Positions 52,234-63,500 of a stretch of DNA of 64,000 bases are shown here, in pieces (the first letter of the stretch is position 1; every line of letters starts with the position of its first letter). The translations under genes and the position numbers were made by a program. Below the pieces are notes generated by a model, which was not told the DNA's origin, searched no databases, and saw nothing but the letters and a program-made list of their open reading frames with translations. The stretch comes from an uncultured archaeon. GTDB lineage: Archaea > Asgardarchaeota > Lokiarchaeia > Sigyniarchaeales > SOKP01. Where the stretch lies: the NCBI GenBank assembly GCA_964632315.1, contig CAZWEM010000001.1:1-64000 (forward strand). The letters run 5' to 3'.

Positions 52234-53937
52234 TTGATCCAATTGGTTGAAAAATTTTGGTTGAAATCATATGACGATCACGTCAAGCCTTCTCTCACTT
52301 ATCCTACTGAAGATTTAGGAACTATTCTCACGAAAAGGATGGAAGAATTCCCAGAAAAAGATGGAATTTATTTCATGGATGCTACTTACAAATATAAGGA
52401 AATTTTAGATTATTCCCAGAGGTTTGCGACGTTTTTACAGAAAAATGGTATTGAAAAGGGGGATATCGTTACAATATGTCTCCCTAACACACCACAATAC
52501 TTATTCGCTGTATATGGGACTTACATGGCTGGAGGAGCAGTGTCAGGCTGTTCACCACTCTTGAGTCCACCTGAGATAATGTATCAGTTAGAGGATTCTA
52601 ACGCTAAAGCAATCGTTACCATGGACGTAATCTATGAAAAAGTATTATCTCCTTTCTTAGATAAACTTCCAAATCTTAAGCTAATAGTTCCTACCAATAT
52701 CTCTGAATTTATGGGTTTCAGCGGGTTTAAGATATTTATGGGTAAATTAATGAAAAAAATTCCACAGGGAAAAATGGATCCGTTCCCTGGCAAGACTGTA
52801 GTCCCCTTTTTAGAAGCGTTAGAAACAGAAATAGACGTTAAAAAAGTCGATATCAATATCAAAGAAGATCGAGCACTCATCCAATATACAGGAGGTACCA
52901 CGGGAAGGCCAAAGGGAACAATTATCACCCATTCCAATTTGCTTGCAAACTTAACGCAATTTGATGAGTGGCTTGGAAGGGAACACGGAAAAGAAGTACT
53001 TATATCTGCATTTCCCTTTTTCCATATCGCAGGTTATTTAATTGGTTTATTTCTTGTATTTATTAGTGGTACTCAGACATTAATAGCTAATCCAAGAGAC
53101 ACAGATCATATTATTAAGGAATTAATTGATAAGAGACCAACTAGTTTTGGAAATGTTCCAACGTTATTCTTAATGATTCAGAATAATCCAAAATCGAAAA
53201 AAATCCCTCCTGAAGTGCTAGATAAGATCTCTTTATATGTAAGTGGTGCCGCTCCATTTCCAGCAGAAGCGATTAGGCAATTTGAGAAACATTTTCATAC
53301 TGAAAACAAATTTGTCGAAGTTTATGGAATGACCGAGACTTCTCCATTAGCGACAGCAAATCCAGCAATTGGAGAGAAAAAAATAGGAACTGTTGGGCTC
53401 CCATTACCGGATACTGAAATTAAAATCATTGACATTGAAACAGGAAAGGAATTAGGAATCGGGCAACCAGGAGAGATTTTAATTAAAGGTCCGCAAGTTA
53501 CTAAAGGATATCATAATAAACCCGAGGAGAGTAAAGCTGCATTTGATGGGGAAGGATTTTTCCACAGTGGTGATGTTGGAGTATTTGATGAGGATGGTTA
53601 TTTAAAAATCGTAGATCGAACCAAAGATATGTTAATTGTTAGTGGTTTTAAAGTATATAGCGTTCATGTTGAAGATATTCTCACAAAGCATCCAGATATT
53701 GCAATTGTGGCTATAATTGGTGTCCCAAATCCAGATAGACCTGGTGCGGAAATAGTAAAAGCAGTAGTACAACTCAGAGAAGGAGTAACAGAAACTGAAG
53801 CAGTAAAAGCGAGCATTCAAAAATATGCTGAAGAAAATCTGTCAAAGTACGAAGTTCCCAAAATCTGGGAATTCCGCGAAGAACTTCCGTTAACCTTAGT
53901 AGGAAAAGTCCAGAAAAAAGCTCTAAGGGAAGATTAG
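52234..53937 (+). CDS. Long-chain fatty acid-CoA ligase
   Basis: YTGGTTGRPKG, YGMTETSP, SGD, DRTKD. Confidence 0.93.
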   Translation: MIQLVEKFWLKSYDDHVKPSLTYPTEDLGTILTKRMEEFPEKDGIYFMDATYKYKEILDYSQRFATFLQKNGIEKGDIVTICLPNTPQYLFAVYGTYMAGGAVSGCSPLLSPPEIMYQLEDSNAKAIVTMDVIYEKVLSPFLDKLPNLKLIVPTNISEFMGFSGFKIFMGKLMKKIPQGKMDPFPGKTVVPFLEALETEIDVKKVDINIKEDRALIQYTGGTTGRPKGTIITHSNLLANLTQFDEWLGREHGKEVLISAFPFFHIAGYLIGLFLVFISGTQTLIANPRDTDHIIKELIDKRPTSFGNVPTLFLMIQNNPKSKKIPPEVLDKISLYVSGAAPFPAEAIRQFEKHFHTENKFVEVYGMTETSPLATANPAIGEKKIGTVGLPLPDTEIKIIDIETGKELGIGQPGEILIKGPQVTKGYHNKPEESKAAFDGEGFFHSGDVGVFDEDGYLKIVDRTKDMLIVSGFKVYSVHVEDILTKHPDIAIVAIIGVPNPDRPGAEIVKAVVQLREGVTETEAVKASIQKYAEENLSKYEVPKIWEFREELPLTLVGKVQKKALRED

Positions 53938-54017
53938 TTCTTTTAGTTTCAAAATTCATTTACTTTTTTTTGTTTCTTTATTTATACTAAATATTCTAAA
54001 CTGAAGTTGATGTTAAT

Positions 54018-54833
54018 ATGAGGATCGAGGAATTTGAGGATATAATATATAATAAAGAGGAAAACGGAATTTGTACGGTAATGTTTTCCCGACCCGAGAG
54101 GAGAAATGCTGTTACTTATATCACATTTTTAGAGCTGTTTTATGCTATTGAGGATATGGAAAAGGATAAGAATGCAAGAGTGCTGATAATTACCGGAGAT
54201 CCTAAAGGAGAAGCTTTCACTTCGGGAGGATACTTCAAACCCGAAATGTTTCATAAAATGCAGAAATATCCTGAAATAGATTTGATGGATATTGCTCAGA
54301 AAAAATTATGTTTAAAACTATGGGACTTTGAAAAACCTGTTATTGTTGCGATTAATGGGATGGCTATAGGAGGTGGAGTAACAATGCCATTAGCGGCTGG
54401 TGACTTAATTTATATCGCACAAGATGCTTGGTTAGGTTTTTATTTTGCCAGGAGAGGGATTATTCCTGAATTTGCTACGAACTTTCTTTTGCCATTATTA
54501 ATTGGCTTCCAAAGAGCAAAGGAAATTTGCTATATGGGTGAAAAAGTCACTTCACAAAGAGCATTTGAATTAGGTTTAGTAAATAAAGTTTTACCAAATG
54601 ATCATTTAATTGAGTACGCACGAGAGCAAGCTTTAAGATTAATTCCTCCAAATGGGCCAACCTTAGCCTTGAAACTGATGAAAAAGACAATGCATGCCTA
54701 TTATCGTGATATTTTAGCCCACACTTTAGATTTGGAAAATAAAGCCCTTAGAAAGACATTTGCTTCAAAAGATTTTAAAGAAGCTATGTCTGCATTAAAA
54801 GAAAAACGACCAGTTAATTTCATTGGTCGTTGA
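54018..54833 (+). CDS. Enoyl-CoA hydratase/isomerase family protein
   Basis: RP...NA, KPVIVAING.A.GGG, EKR..F.G. Confidence 0.9.
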   Translation: MRIEEFEDIIYNKEENGICTVMFSRPERRNAVTYITFLELFYAIEDMEKDKNARVLIITGDPKGEAFTSGGYFKPEMFHKMQKYPEIDLMDIAQKKLCLKLWDFEKPVIVAINGMAIGGGVTMPLAAGDLIYIAQDAWLGFYFARRGIIPEFATNFLLPLLIGFQRAKEICYMGEKVTSQRAFELGLVNKVLPNDHLIEYAREQALRLIPPNGPTLALKLMKKTMHAYYRDILAHTLDLENKALRKTFASKDFKEAMSALKEKRPVNFIGR

Positions 54834-54929
54834 TAACAAATCACACTGTATTTATAGAATTAATACAGATTTATGAAAGATTACTCTAAACATATAAGGT
54901 TTAAATTAATACAGAGGTAAATATGTATT

Positions 54930-56483
54930 ATGGTAGATTCAAAATATAATCAAAATCAAGTAGTTGGAACTTATCCTGTAGTTGTCATTGGTGCGGGATT
55001 AGGAGGCCTCGGAGCGGCTTGTCAATTAGTGGCAAGAGGTGAGCAGGTATTATTACTTGAAAAACACAATGTACCGGGGGGATTTGCCACTTCGTTCGTA
55101 AGGGGACGATTTGAATTTGAAGGAGCTTTACATGAATTGAGTGATATTGGTACTGAAGATAATAAAGGCGCATTATATAGATTTTTAGAAAGATTAGGAA
55201 TTGTTCCAGACAAACTCAAGTTCAAGCAAGTTCCGGAATTTTATAGAAGCATATATTTGGATGGTTATGATGTTACATTACCCTTAGGAATAGAAGAATA
55301 TACTAATAAACTCATTGAATTATTTCCTCACGAAGAAAAAGGTATTGAAGAATTCATGGAAATGTGTAAAGCAGTTTTAGCTGGAATCGAATTTGTTGCC
55401 TCCAAAGGAGGTAAATTTTCACCCGGAGATGTGTTAAAAGAACATCCTTGGCTTCCTCGAGTAGCAGGAATCACGCTTTCGGATCTGTATAAAAAATTCT
55501 TTACTGACAAGAAACTAATCACCGTTATGTCTCAATTATGGGGTTATGTCGGATTACCTCCTGATAAAATGAATGCATATGTCTTTGTCGCAATGTTGAT
55601 CTTTTATTTGAAATGGGGGGCTGCTTTTCCAATTGGGCGGTCACATTCCTTGACCAGCTCATTGGTGGAGGCATTTGAGAATTTTGGCGGTGTGATCCGT
55701 TATAATGCATTAGTAGATAGAATATTAGTTGAGAATGGAAGAGTTTCGGGAGTTGAACTATTAAATGGAGATATTTATAAATGTAATTCTGTAATCTCAA
55801 ATGTGAATCCAATATGCACATCAATGAAAATGTTACCTCAAGATATTGTTCCAGATGAATATAAAAAAAAGTTATATGAACCTGAAGTAGGTCCTTCTGG
55901 TTTTTCTGTTTATATCGGTTTGAATGCTTCTCATAAAGATTTGGGGTTTAACGTGCATGAATCATTCATTAATTCTACTTATGATATGAATCATGCATTT
56001 GAAACCTTTCGAAAGTTAGAACCTCCAGAATACATGGTCGCAGCATGTTATAATAACATTTATGAGGAAATCTCTCCACCTGATACAACGCAATTAGTAT
56101 TAACCACGCTTCAAATGGGTAAATTATGGCAAAATATAGCTCCCCATCAATATTTTCGAGTGAAAGACGAAATTGCTAACTCCATGGTTTCACTTGTTGA
56201 AAAAACGATATGTCCTAATATAAGAGATTATATCGAAGTTGCCGTTGCTGCGTCACCAGTGACCTATTATAGGTACTCTAAAAACATTGAAGGAGCTATT
56301 TATGGAACAACCCAATCAGTTGAGAATGGACCATTATTAAGATTAAAGAGTAGGGGTCCAATACCTGGGCTATATCAAGTTGGTGCTTGGACAAATTTTG
56401 GAGGTGGTTTTTCAACAACGATCGTAGGAGGAAGAATTGCAGCTGGAATGTACTTAAGAGATAAAATAAAGGAAAGGTGGTAA
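54930..56483 (+). CDS. Phytoene dehydrogenase/retinol saturase-like FAD oxidoreductase
   Basis: GAGLGG dinucleotide fold, EK...PGG, GAIYG, GLY.VG.W. Confidence 0.85.
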   Translation: MVDSKYNQNQVVGTYPVVVIGAGLGGLGAACQLVARGEQVLLLEKHNVPGGFATSFVRGRFEFEGALHELSDIGTEDNKGALYRFLERLGIVPDKLKFKQVPEFYRSIYLDGYDVTLPLGIEEYTNKLIELFPHEEKGIEEFMEMCKAVLAGIEFVASKGGKFSPGDVLKEHPWLPRVAGITLSDLYKKFFTDKKLITVMSQLWGYVGLPPDKMNAYVFVAMLIFYLKWGAAFPIGRSHSLTSSLVEAFENFGGVIRYNALVDRILVENGRVSGVELLNGDIYKCNSVISNVNPICTSMKMLPQDIVPDEYKKKLYEPEVGPSGFSVYIGLNASHKDLGFNVHESFINSTYDMNHAFETFRKLEPPEYMVAACYNNIYEEISPPDTTQLVLTTLQMGKLWQNIAPHQYFRVKDEIANSMVSLVEKTICPNIRDYIEVAVAASPVTYYRYSKNIEGAIYGTTQSVENGPLLRLKSRGPIPGLYQVGAWTNFGGGFSTTIVGGRIAAGMYLRDKIKERW

Positions 56484-56486
56484 AAT

Positions 56487-57674
56487 TTGATGGAAGATAT
56501 AAAGAAATACCAACGAGCAGAAAAATTGAAAAAGAAAAGAGAAGAACTTCAAACAATTCCTTATTATTATGATGGATTAGAAAGGTTATGTGATCGAATA
56601 CATCCAAAAAAGCAATTACTAAGAGTTTCTGATATTAAAGAACTTTCTCATGATACAAAATTATTCCGTTTTGTATCAGAAAAACCAAATAAACCATTAG
56701 CTCCTTTTAGGGCTGGTCAGTATATTGGACTTACAGTAGAAATAAATGGAGTGAGAACATCAAGACCTTACTCATTAGTCTCTTCTCCTAATCAATTAGC
56801 TTATTATGAATTAGGAATAAGAAAAAAAATAGGAGGTTTTGTTAGTCCACATCTCGTAGACAATGGAAAAGTCGGAGATATATTCGAATCAACAGAACCA
56901 ATGGGTAATTTGTACTATAATCCAATCTTTCATGGAAAGAACTTAGTCTTCATAGCGGGAGGTTGTGGAATCACCCCATTTATATCTTTTTTAAGAGATG
57001 TAACTGAAAAAATGGTTCCATTAAATATTTGGTTAATTTATGGAGCATTAACAGAGAAAGATATACTTTTCAGGAACGAGTTGGAAGACATGCAATCGAG
57101 ACGGAATAATCTCAAGATTAAATATGTATTGTCTGAACCAGAATCAGATTGGACAGGTGCTTGCGGTTTTATAACAAAAGATATGATTTCGAGTGATATA
57201 GGCTCTATTAATGATAAATATTATTATATAGTTGGTAATAGAGCAATGTATGGATTTATACAACAAGAGTTAAAAACATTAGGCATTCCAAGACATAAAA
57301 TGTATTTTGAAGCTTTTGGAGTTCCTGATGATATTACAAAAGTCATAGGATGGCCAGAGGAAGTTAAGTCTACTGACAAATTCCAAGTTAAATTAAAATA
57401 TCGTAAAAATGGAAGGGAGGTAGAAGAAGAATTTGAAGCGCTTTGTGTAGAACCTTTGCTCAATTGTATTGAAAAGCTATCAAAAGAAACCATAATTATT
57501 GAAAATGGATGTCGATCTGGCGAATGTGCTCTCTGTCGCACGAAAATGATCTCAGGTAAAGTTTTTGTTCCACCTGAAGTCACAATAAGAGAACTAGATA
57601 AGAAGTTTGGATTTATCCATCCATGTGTCTCTTATCCCTTAACTAACCTAGAAATAGATCTGACTTTAACTTAA
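56487..57674 (+). CDS. FNR-type FAD/NAD reductase with C-terminal 2Fe-2S ferredoxin
   Basis: RPYS, AGGCGITP, E.F, CRSGECALC...C. Confidence 0.9.
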   Translation: MMEDIKKYQRAEKLKKKREELQTIPYYYDGLERLCDRIHPKKQLLRVSDIKELSHDTKLFRFVSEKPNKPLAPFRAGQYIGLTVEINGVRTSRPYSLVSSPNQLAYYELGIRKKIGGFVSPHLVDNGKVGDIFESTEPMGNLYYNPIFHGKNLVFIAGGCGITPFISFLRDVTEKMVPLNIWLIYGALTEKDILFRNELEDMQSRRNNLKIKYVLSEPESDWTGACGFITKDMISSDIGSINDKYYYIVGNRAMYGFIQQELKTLGIPRHKMYFEAFGVPDDITKVIGWPEEVKSTDKFQVKLKYRKNGREVEEEFEALCVEPLLNCIEKLSKETIIIENGCRSGECALCRTKMISGKVFVPPEVTIRELDKKFGFIHPCVSYPLTNLEIDLTLT

Positions 57675-57695
57675 ACCACTTCTTAATTTTTCCTC

Positions 57696-58886
57696 CTATT
57701 TTTTTAACTTTTTAGGATTAGGGATGAATAGGATTAAAATTAATGGAACTAAACCAAACCCAATGATATATGTCATCGCATTTATAAGTCCAGTTAATTC
57801 AGCAAAATAACCTACTAAAATTGGTCCAATAGCACCACCTCCCGATGTTCCTAAACCCCATATAAATGAATTTGCAAATCCTCTCTTTGTTTTTGGAAAT
57901 ATATCCCCTATTAAAGATAGAATCATGGGAAAACTATTGAAAGCAAAAAAACCAAAAATAATCAACCAAATGATGGATTGAAAATATAAGGACAGAAAGA
58001 AGAAGAGTAAGGAACAAAAAACTGCTCCTAAAAAAGTGTATTTTCTACCAAATTTATCAGATAATAGTCCCAAAACTGGTTGGCCAATAACTGATGCTGA
58101 TAAAATGAGGGTTAAAATTAGTCCAAGATCAATTCCAAATCTATACTTGAATGTAATTACTAGTAAAGTTGGAAGAAATTGGAAAATTCCCTGCAAAAAA
58201 ATTCCCACAAAAAGCATTATCAGTGTAAAGAGTATGAGTAGTAAAGAAAAGCGTTTAATATTATTATCTGCAACTATATTCTTTATATCCTCGTTAATCG
58301 TGTTCGATTCTACTTTAATTAGAAAAATAGGAAGTGAAGCTCCTAAGGAAATTAAGCCCATGATAAGGAGAGTATATGACATGTCAATTGTTTTTCCAGA
58401 GAAAGAATCAAAAATGAATAATGTTATCGTAGGAAATATAGCTCGTCCTACGCTTCCTAAAGAACCGTTAAAGCCTAATGCTGATCCTTTATCTACCCCA
58501 TACGTATTTGAGAGAACAAGGCCTCCCAAGGGATGATAGAATGCCGAGGAAATTCCAGTTATAATAATCGCAATAAACATCAATGGTATGTTCTCAAAAC
58601 TAGTACCGTATCCCAATATAATTATCCCCACTCCCCATAACAATATTCCATAAGAAATTAAGCGGGTTGGATGTTGAAATTTATCAGCAATGCGTCCAAT
58701 GATGGGAGCGGTTATTGCAGACGCAATAAAAAATGATCCTGCCATTATTCCTGTTAGAAATGGAGATACTCCGAGAGAACTTATGGCAAAAGTATAAATG
58801 AGTAATAAAATTGTGAAATTTCCATCATTTAAAAAATGAGATAAGGATGTTATGCCCAAAGCTCTTACATTTTTGAAAAGCTTCAT
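57696..58886 (-). CDS. MFS transporter
   Basis: 12 TM; SHFLND, G.IADK, FYHP, G.LSDKFGRK. Confidence 0.9.
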   Translation of the reverse strand: MKLFKNVRALGITSLSHFLNDGNFTILLLIYTFAISSLGVSPFLTGIMAGSFFIASAITAPIIGRIADKFQHPTRLISYGILLWGVGIIILGYGTSFENIPLMFIAIIITGISSAFYHPLGGLVLSNTYGVDKGSALGFNGSLGSVGRAIFPTITLFIFDSFSGKTIDMSYTLLIMGLISLGASLPIFLIKVESNTINEDIKNIVADNNIKRFSLLLILFTLIMLFVGIFLQGIFQFLPTLLVITFKYRFGIDLGLILTLILSASVIGQPVLGLLSDKFGRKYTFLGAVFCSLLFFFLSLYFQSIIWLIIFGFFAFNSFPMILSLIGDIFPKTKRGFANSFIWGLGTSGGGAIGPILVGYFAELTGLINAMTYIIGFGLVPLILILFIPNPKKLKK

Positions 58887-59010
58887 ATTACATATGGTGA
58901 AAATCTTGATTTTAAACTTAATGTCTAAAATTTCTAAAGCATTATCAAGCATACATTAGATCTTATACCATCTATAAACAGTATAAAATAAAAAAGAAGA
59001 TTTAGATTGA

Positions 59011-59835
59011 TTATTTCCATTTCCATTTCGGTTTTGTTTTAGTAAGTCGAGCTAAAGCTCCATTAACGGCATCTTTAGTCTGAAGTAATTGAGAACTCAC
59101 GAGTGTCTCAAGTTCAAGTCCTAAAGCCGTGTCTTTTCCATAACAATCATCGATTAATTTTTTAGCAAGTCCAATAGCTAATGGTCCACTTGTCATCAAT
59201 TCATCAGTATACATCTTAATAATTTCATCTAATTCTTCTTGTGATTTTGCTACTCTATTCACTACTCCGAGTCTATAAGCTTCATTACCGTCAAATTTAC
59301 GCCCAGTTAATATAATATCCTTTGCATTAGGAATACCTACTAATCTTACAAGCCTTGAAGAACCACCTACATCTGGATTCATTCCGATTTTAGTTTCTAA
59401 CATGTGGAATAAAGCAGATTCCGTGCAAAATCGGAAATCACATGCCAAAGCTAGCTCAAATGCCATGCCAAAACAATATCCATTTATTTTTGCAATCACT
59501 GGTTTTTCCATTTTTTCAATTTTTGTAAAAATGGGATGTATCCATGTATTTGCAAAATATCGAAAATTGCGAGGGATGCGTAAATCAGGAATGATGCCTT
59601 CAGGATCTCTCTCTTGACCAGTTAAAAAATTAAGATCTATTCCCGAACTAAAAAAATCATTTCCTCCAGTAATAATGACCACTCTGGCTTCAGTACGTTC
59701 GACCTGATCTATAGCTTTTTGAAGACCGACCATTAAGTCGTAATTAAAAGCATTTTTTTTATTTAAGCGGTTTAATTTTATTGTGGTGATTGTTTTATCT
59801 TCATTTTCTTCAATTAATACGATATCTTCACTCAT
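59011..59835 (-). CDS. Enoyl-CoA hydratase/isomerase family protein
   Basis: FSSGIDL, G..FELALACD, E..IG..PD.GG. Confidence 0.92.
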   Translation of the reverse strand: MSEDIVLIEENEDKTITTIKLNRLNKKNAFNYDLMVGLQKAIDQVERTEARVVIITGGNDFFSSGIDLNFLTGQERDPEGIIPDLRIPRNFRYFANTWIHPIFTKIEKMEKPVIAKINGYCFGMAFELALACDFRFCTESALFHMLETKIGMNPDVGGSSRLVRLVGIPNAKDIILTGRKFDGNEAYRLGVVNRVAKSQEELDEIIKMYTDELMTSGPLAIGLAKKLIDDCYGKDTALGLELETLVSSQLLQTKDAVNGALARLTKTKPKWKWK

Positions 59836-59987
59836 TTTACTTCATTTTTTTTATATTTAATATAATTATTACTATCTCGTAATGAAAAAAAATCTATTCG
59901 AAAATAACATGAAAACTTTTTATGGAAATTTAATGAAATATAATCAATATTATTGAAAAATTTTAGACCAAAACAAGAGGATATAAT

Positions 59988-61997
59988 TTGAAGTATTTTA
60001 AACTATTTACACCACTCAAAATTAAGAATTTAACCATCTCAAATAGAATTATAATGCCAGCGATGCATTTAAACTTGGCTAAAGATGGTTTTATTAGCAA
60101 AAAACTAGTCGATTTCTACGTTGAGAGGGCTAAAGGTGGAGCTGGGATGATAATCGTTGGTGGATGCTATGTGGATATTTATGGCAAAGGATTACCATCA
60201 ATGATTGCGGTTGATGATGATAAATATCTCCCTAAACTAGAAGAATTTACTAAAGCAGTACATGATGCGCGTTCTGATGTTAAAGTATGTTGTCAGTTTT
60301 ATCATGGAGGAGCATATGCATTTCCTCAAATTATCGGGAAGACACCAATAGCTCCTTCGGCCGTGTATAGTAATTTTAGCAAAACCACACCTCGCGAAAT
60401 GACGTTAGAAGATATTGAAAGAGAACAACAAGCATTTGAAGATGCTACAATTAGAGCGAGAAAAGCAGGTTTTGATGCGGTTGAAATCTGCGCCAATGCA
60501 GGATACTTACTTGATCAATTCATTTCACCTAAAACTAATAAAAGAACAGATAAATATGGTGGAGAATTAGAAAATCGATTGAGATTCCCACTCGAAACTA
60601 TTGAAAGAATTAAATCAAAATCTGAAGACTTAGTTGTTGGATATAGAATTTCTGGAGATGATTTTGTTCCAGGAAGCAATACTTACAAAGAAAAAGCCGT
60701 AATTGCTAAGGAATTAAGTGGAGACTTGGATTATTTCAATGTAACTGGTGGATGGCATGAGACTAAGACTCCTCAATTGACAATGGATGTCCCTCATGGA
60801 TGCTACACGTATTTAGCGGAAAATATCAAGAAAAATGTAAATATCCCCATCTTCTCTTCCAATAGGATTAATTATCCTGAATTAGCAGAACAAGTTTTAA
60901 TGGCTGGAAAAGCTGATGCAATCTGTATTGGAAGAGGTTTAATTGCGGATCCCTACCTACCAGTAAAAGCTCAAAAGGGAGAAACACAAGATATTATGAA
61001 CTGTGTAGCCTGTAATCAAGGATGTTTTGATAATGTATTCAGGATGATGCCTGTTACATGTTTGCGTAATGCTCGGGCAGGTAATGAGGGAAGAACTGAA
61101 TTAAAGCATCTAAAAGAGAAGCAGAAACTAATGATCATAGGATCTGGACCAGCAGGTTTAGAAGCAGCAAGAGTTGCAGCAATTAGAGGGCATGAGGTTC
61201 ATATCTTTGAAAAAGACGATAAGATCGGAGGATTATTGAACTTGATTTGGATTCCTCCTGGTAGAAATGAGTTTAAAAGAATGATTGATAATTACAACTA
61301 CTGGATTCAAAAATATAACATCAAAGTTCACCTTCAGCAAGAAGTTGATGCTCAATTGGTTAAAGAGTTCAATCCAGATTCGGTTTTTATCGCAACAGGT
61401 ACTAAACCTATCATTGTCCCAATCCCTGGAATTGACAGAGAGAATGTATATTGGGCAAATGATGTATTCACAATGAATGCTCCAGTGGGAAGGAATAACG
61501 TAATCATAGGTGGTGGTGCTACGGGAATTGAATTAGCTATTTACATTGCAAAATATGGTGCTTTAAGTCCAGAAGCTTTCGATTTTCTAACATTTTATAA
61601 TGCCTTAGATCCATTGGTGGCATTAGATATGCTCCATGAAAAGCGAAATAAAGTAACGGTTCTGGAAAAGCTACCAAAATTGGGGTCTGCTTTAGGAAAA
61701 ACGACTAAATGGGTCCTTTTAGATAAATGTGATTTTTACGGTGTTAATTTCGTTACAAATGCTACTGTATCTGAAATTGGAGAGAATTATGTAAATTATA
61801 CAGATGCTCAAGGAAATGATCAAGTCATTAGCGATGTTGATTACGTATATCACGCAACTGGAGTTGAACCTGATGACTCACTTTATGTTCAAGTCAAAGA
61901 AATGGGATTTGATGTGAAGAAGTTAGGTGATGCCTTAAAACCGCAAACAGTATTGGAAGCTGTAGCAAAAGGTTATAAATTAGGCAATGTTGCTTAA
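59988..61997 (+). CDS. NADH:flavin oxidoreductase, 2,4-dienoyl-CoA reductase (FadH)-like
   Basis: OYE TIM barrel (GYL..QF.SP..N.RTD.YGG), CVACNQGC Fe-S motif, GSGPAG. Confidence 0.9.
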   Translation: MKYFKLFTPLKIKNLTISNRIIMPAMHLNLAKDGFISKKLVDFYVERAKGGAGMIIVGGCYVDIYGKGLPSMIAVDDDKYLPKLEEFTKAVHDARSDVKVCCQFYHGGAYAFPQIIGKTPIAPSAVYSNFSKTTPREMTLEDIEREQQAFEDATIRARKAGFDAVEICANAGYLLDQFISPKTNKRTDKYGGELENRLRFPLETIERIKSKSEDLVVGYRISGDDFVPGSNTYKEKAVIAKELSGDLDYFNVTGGWHETKTPQLTMDVPHGCYTYLAENIKKNVNIPIFSSNRINYPELAEQVLMAGKADAICIGRGLIADPYLPVKAQKGETQDIMNCVACNQGCFDNVFRMMPVTCLRNARAGNEGRTELKHLKEKQKLMIIGSGPAGLEAARVAAIRGHEVHIFEKDDKIGGLLNLIWIPPGRNEFKRMIDNYNYWIQKYNIKVHLQQEVDAQLVKEFNPDSVFIATGTKPIIVPIPGIDRENVYWANDVFTMNAPVGRNNVIIGGGATGIELAIYIAKYGALSPEAFDFLTFYNALDPLVALDMLHEKRNKVTVLEKLPKLGSALGKTTKWVLLDKCDFYGVNFVTNATVSEIGENYVNYTDAQGNDQVISDVDYVYHATGVEPDDSLYVQVKEMGFDVKKLGDALKPQTVLEAVAKGYKLGNVA

Positions 61998-62066
61998 ATA
62001 TCTTTTTATTTTTCTATTTTTAAATATCCAAAAATTTTATTTAATATTATTTGAAAAAAAATTGAA

Positions 62067-63491
62067 TTATATAGCTTTTAGAGTATCTTTTAGAGATTTT
62101 TCAAATCGCTCGCAAATTTGGTCGGTTTCTTCATCATTAATCACTAATGGGGGCTTAATTTTCAGTACATTCTGAATGAAATAACCACCTGTGGACGCAA
62201 TTAATTGCATTTGTTCTCCAAAAAGGATATTATACTTTTTCCATGCAATATGGATCATGGATTCTATAACTTTATTATGTGGCTCTCTAGATTCTCTATC
62301 TTTAACAAATTCTACTCCAATAAATAATCCAGGGCCTCTAACATCTCCAATCTCTGGAATGTCTTCTGCTAATTCTTTTATGTATGAGGTTATTTTTTTA
62401 CCCTGTTTTTCAGCATTTTCGGGTATCTTGTTTTTCTGTAAGATCTCAACATTAACCAAACAAGCAGCCATAGCTAGAGGTGGTGAAGAGAAAGTGGAGT
62501 GATCTTCAAATTCAGTCAAGGTTCTTAATTTTTCAGATGCTACTGTGATTCCAATGGGCACACCTGCCGCTGCACCTTTAGTAAGAGTCATGATATCTGG
62601 AGAAATATCTTTATTATAAGTTGATTGATACCAATCTGAGCCAAACATCTTCCCCGTTCGACCAAATCCAGTTTGTGCTTCATCATAAGTTAAAAGTATT
62701 TTATTATTTGCACAGATCTCTTTTAATCCGATCAAAAAATCAACTGGAGCAGGAATCATGCCACCTGGGCCTTGCATTGGTTCTATAATACATCCAATCG
62801 GAGTTCCAGTTGGATATAATTCTATGCTTTCACGAATAAATTCCAAACATTCTAAATTACACGATTTATCTCTTTTTCCTTCAAAACCTTCTTTGTAATT
62901 CCAAGGACAACGATAACAATATGGATAAAAAGTTTTAATCCAATGTTCTTTTCCCCATCCTTCGAATCTCATCGGTAATCTCTGTGAAGCTCCCATCATA
63001 ACTAAATTAGAACCGTGATATCCTCGTCTAAATATAATAAATTGATCCCCCTTTTTGTTATTGATCATGCTCAACCTTATAGCACATTCCAATGCTGCAC
63101 CGCCTCCTGCATTATTCACGCTTACTTTTCCTCCTTTTAATTGGCCTGGAGCGATCTCAGCGATCTTATTAGTGAATCTTACTCGTACAGGATTCAAAAA
63201 ATAAGACCAAGAATGAGTTACTAGTTGAGATTGTAAGTATAATGCATAACTTATGTCTGGATTATTGTGACCTAAGTTATAGACCCAAGCTTGTGACGTA
63301 CAATCAAGAATTTCTTTACCATCTTGAGTCTTAAAATAAACTGAGCCTGGTTCGGTGCTCCCGGTTATGATATGTTCTCTGGCATTAGTTAAGAGATGAT
63401 GACGTCGGCATAATAGTATCTCCTCTTCATTTAAAGGATTTTTAAGCAATCTATCAATATCTTCCTTCTTTAAATATCTTGGTTCGACCAT
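62067..63491 (-). CDS. Class III PLP aminotransferase
   Basis: GYHG, EP.QG.GG, DEAQTGFGRTG, PDI.T..K, RG.GL. Confidence 0.92.
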   Translation of the reverse strand: MVEPRYLKKEDIDRLLKNPLNEEEILLCRRHHLLTNAREHIITGSTEPGSVYFKTQDGKEILDCTSQAWVYNLGHNNPDISYALYLQSQLVTHSWSYFLNPVRVRFTNKIAEIAPGQLKGGKVSVNNAGGGAALECAIRLSMINNKKGDQFIIFRRGYHGSNLVMMGASQRLPMRFEGWGKEHWIKTFYPYCYRCPWNYKEGFEGKRDKSCNLECLEFIRESIELYPTGTPIGCIIEPMQGPGGMIPAPVDFLIGLKEICANNKILLTYDEAQTGFGRTGKMFGSDWYQSTYNKDISPDIMTLTKGAAAGVPIGITVASEKLRTLTEFEDHSTFSSPPLAMAACLVNVEILQKNKIPENAEKQGKKITSYIKELAEDIPEIGDVRGPGLFIGVEFVKDRESREPHNKVIESMIHIAWKKYNILFGEQMQLIASTGGYFIQNVLKIKPPLVINDEETDQICERFEKSLKDTLKAI

Positions 63492-63500
63492 GGTAAAATA

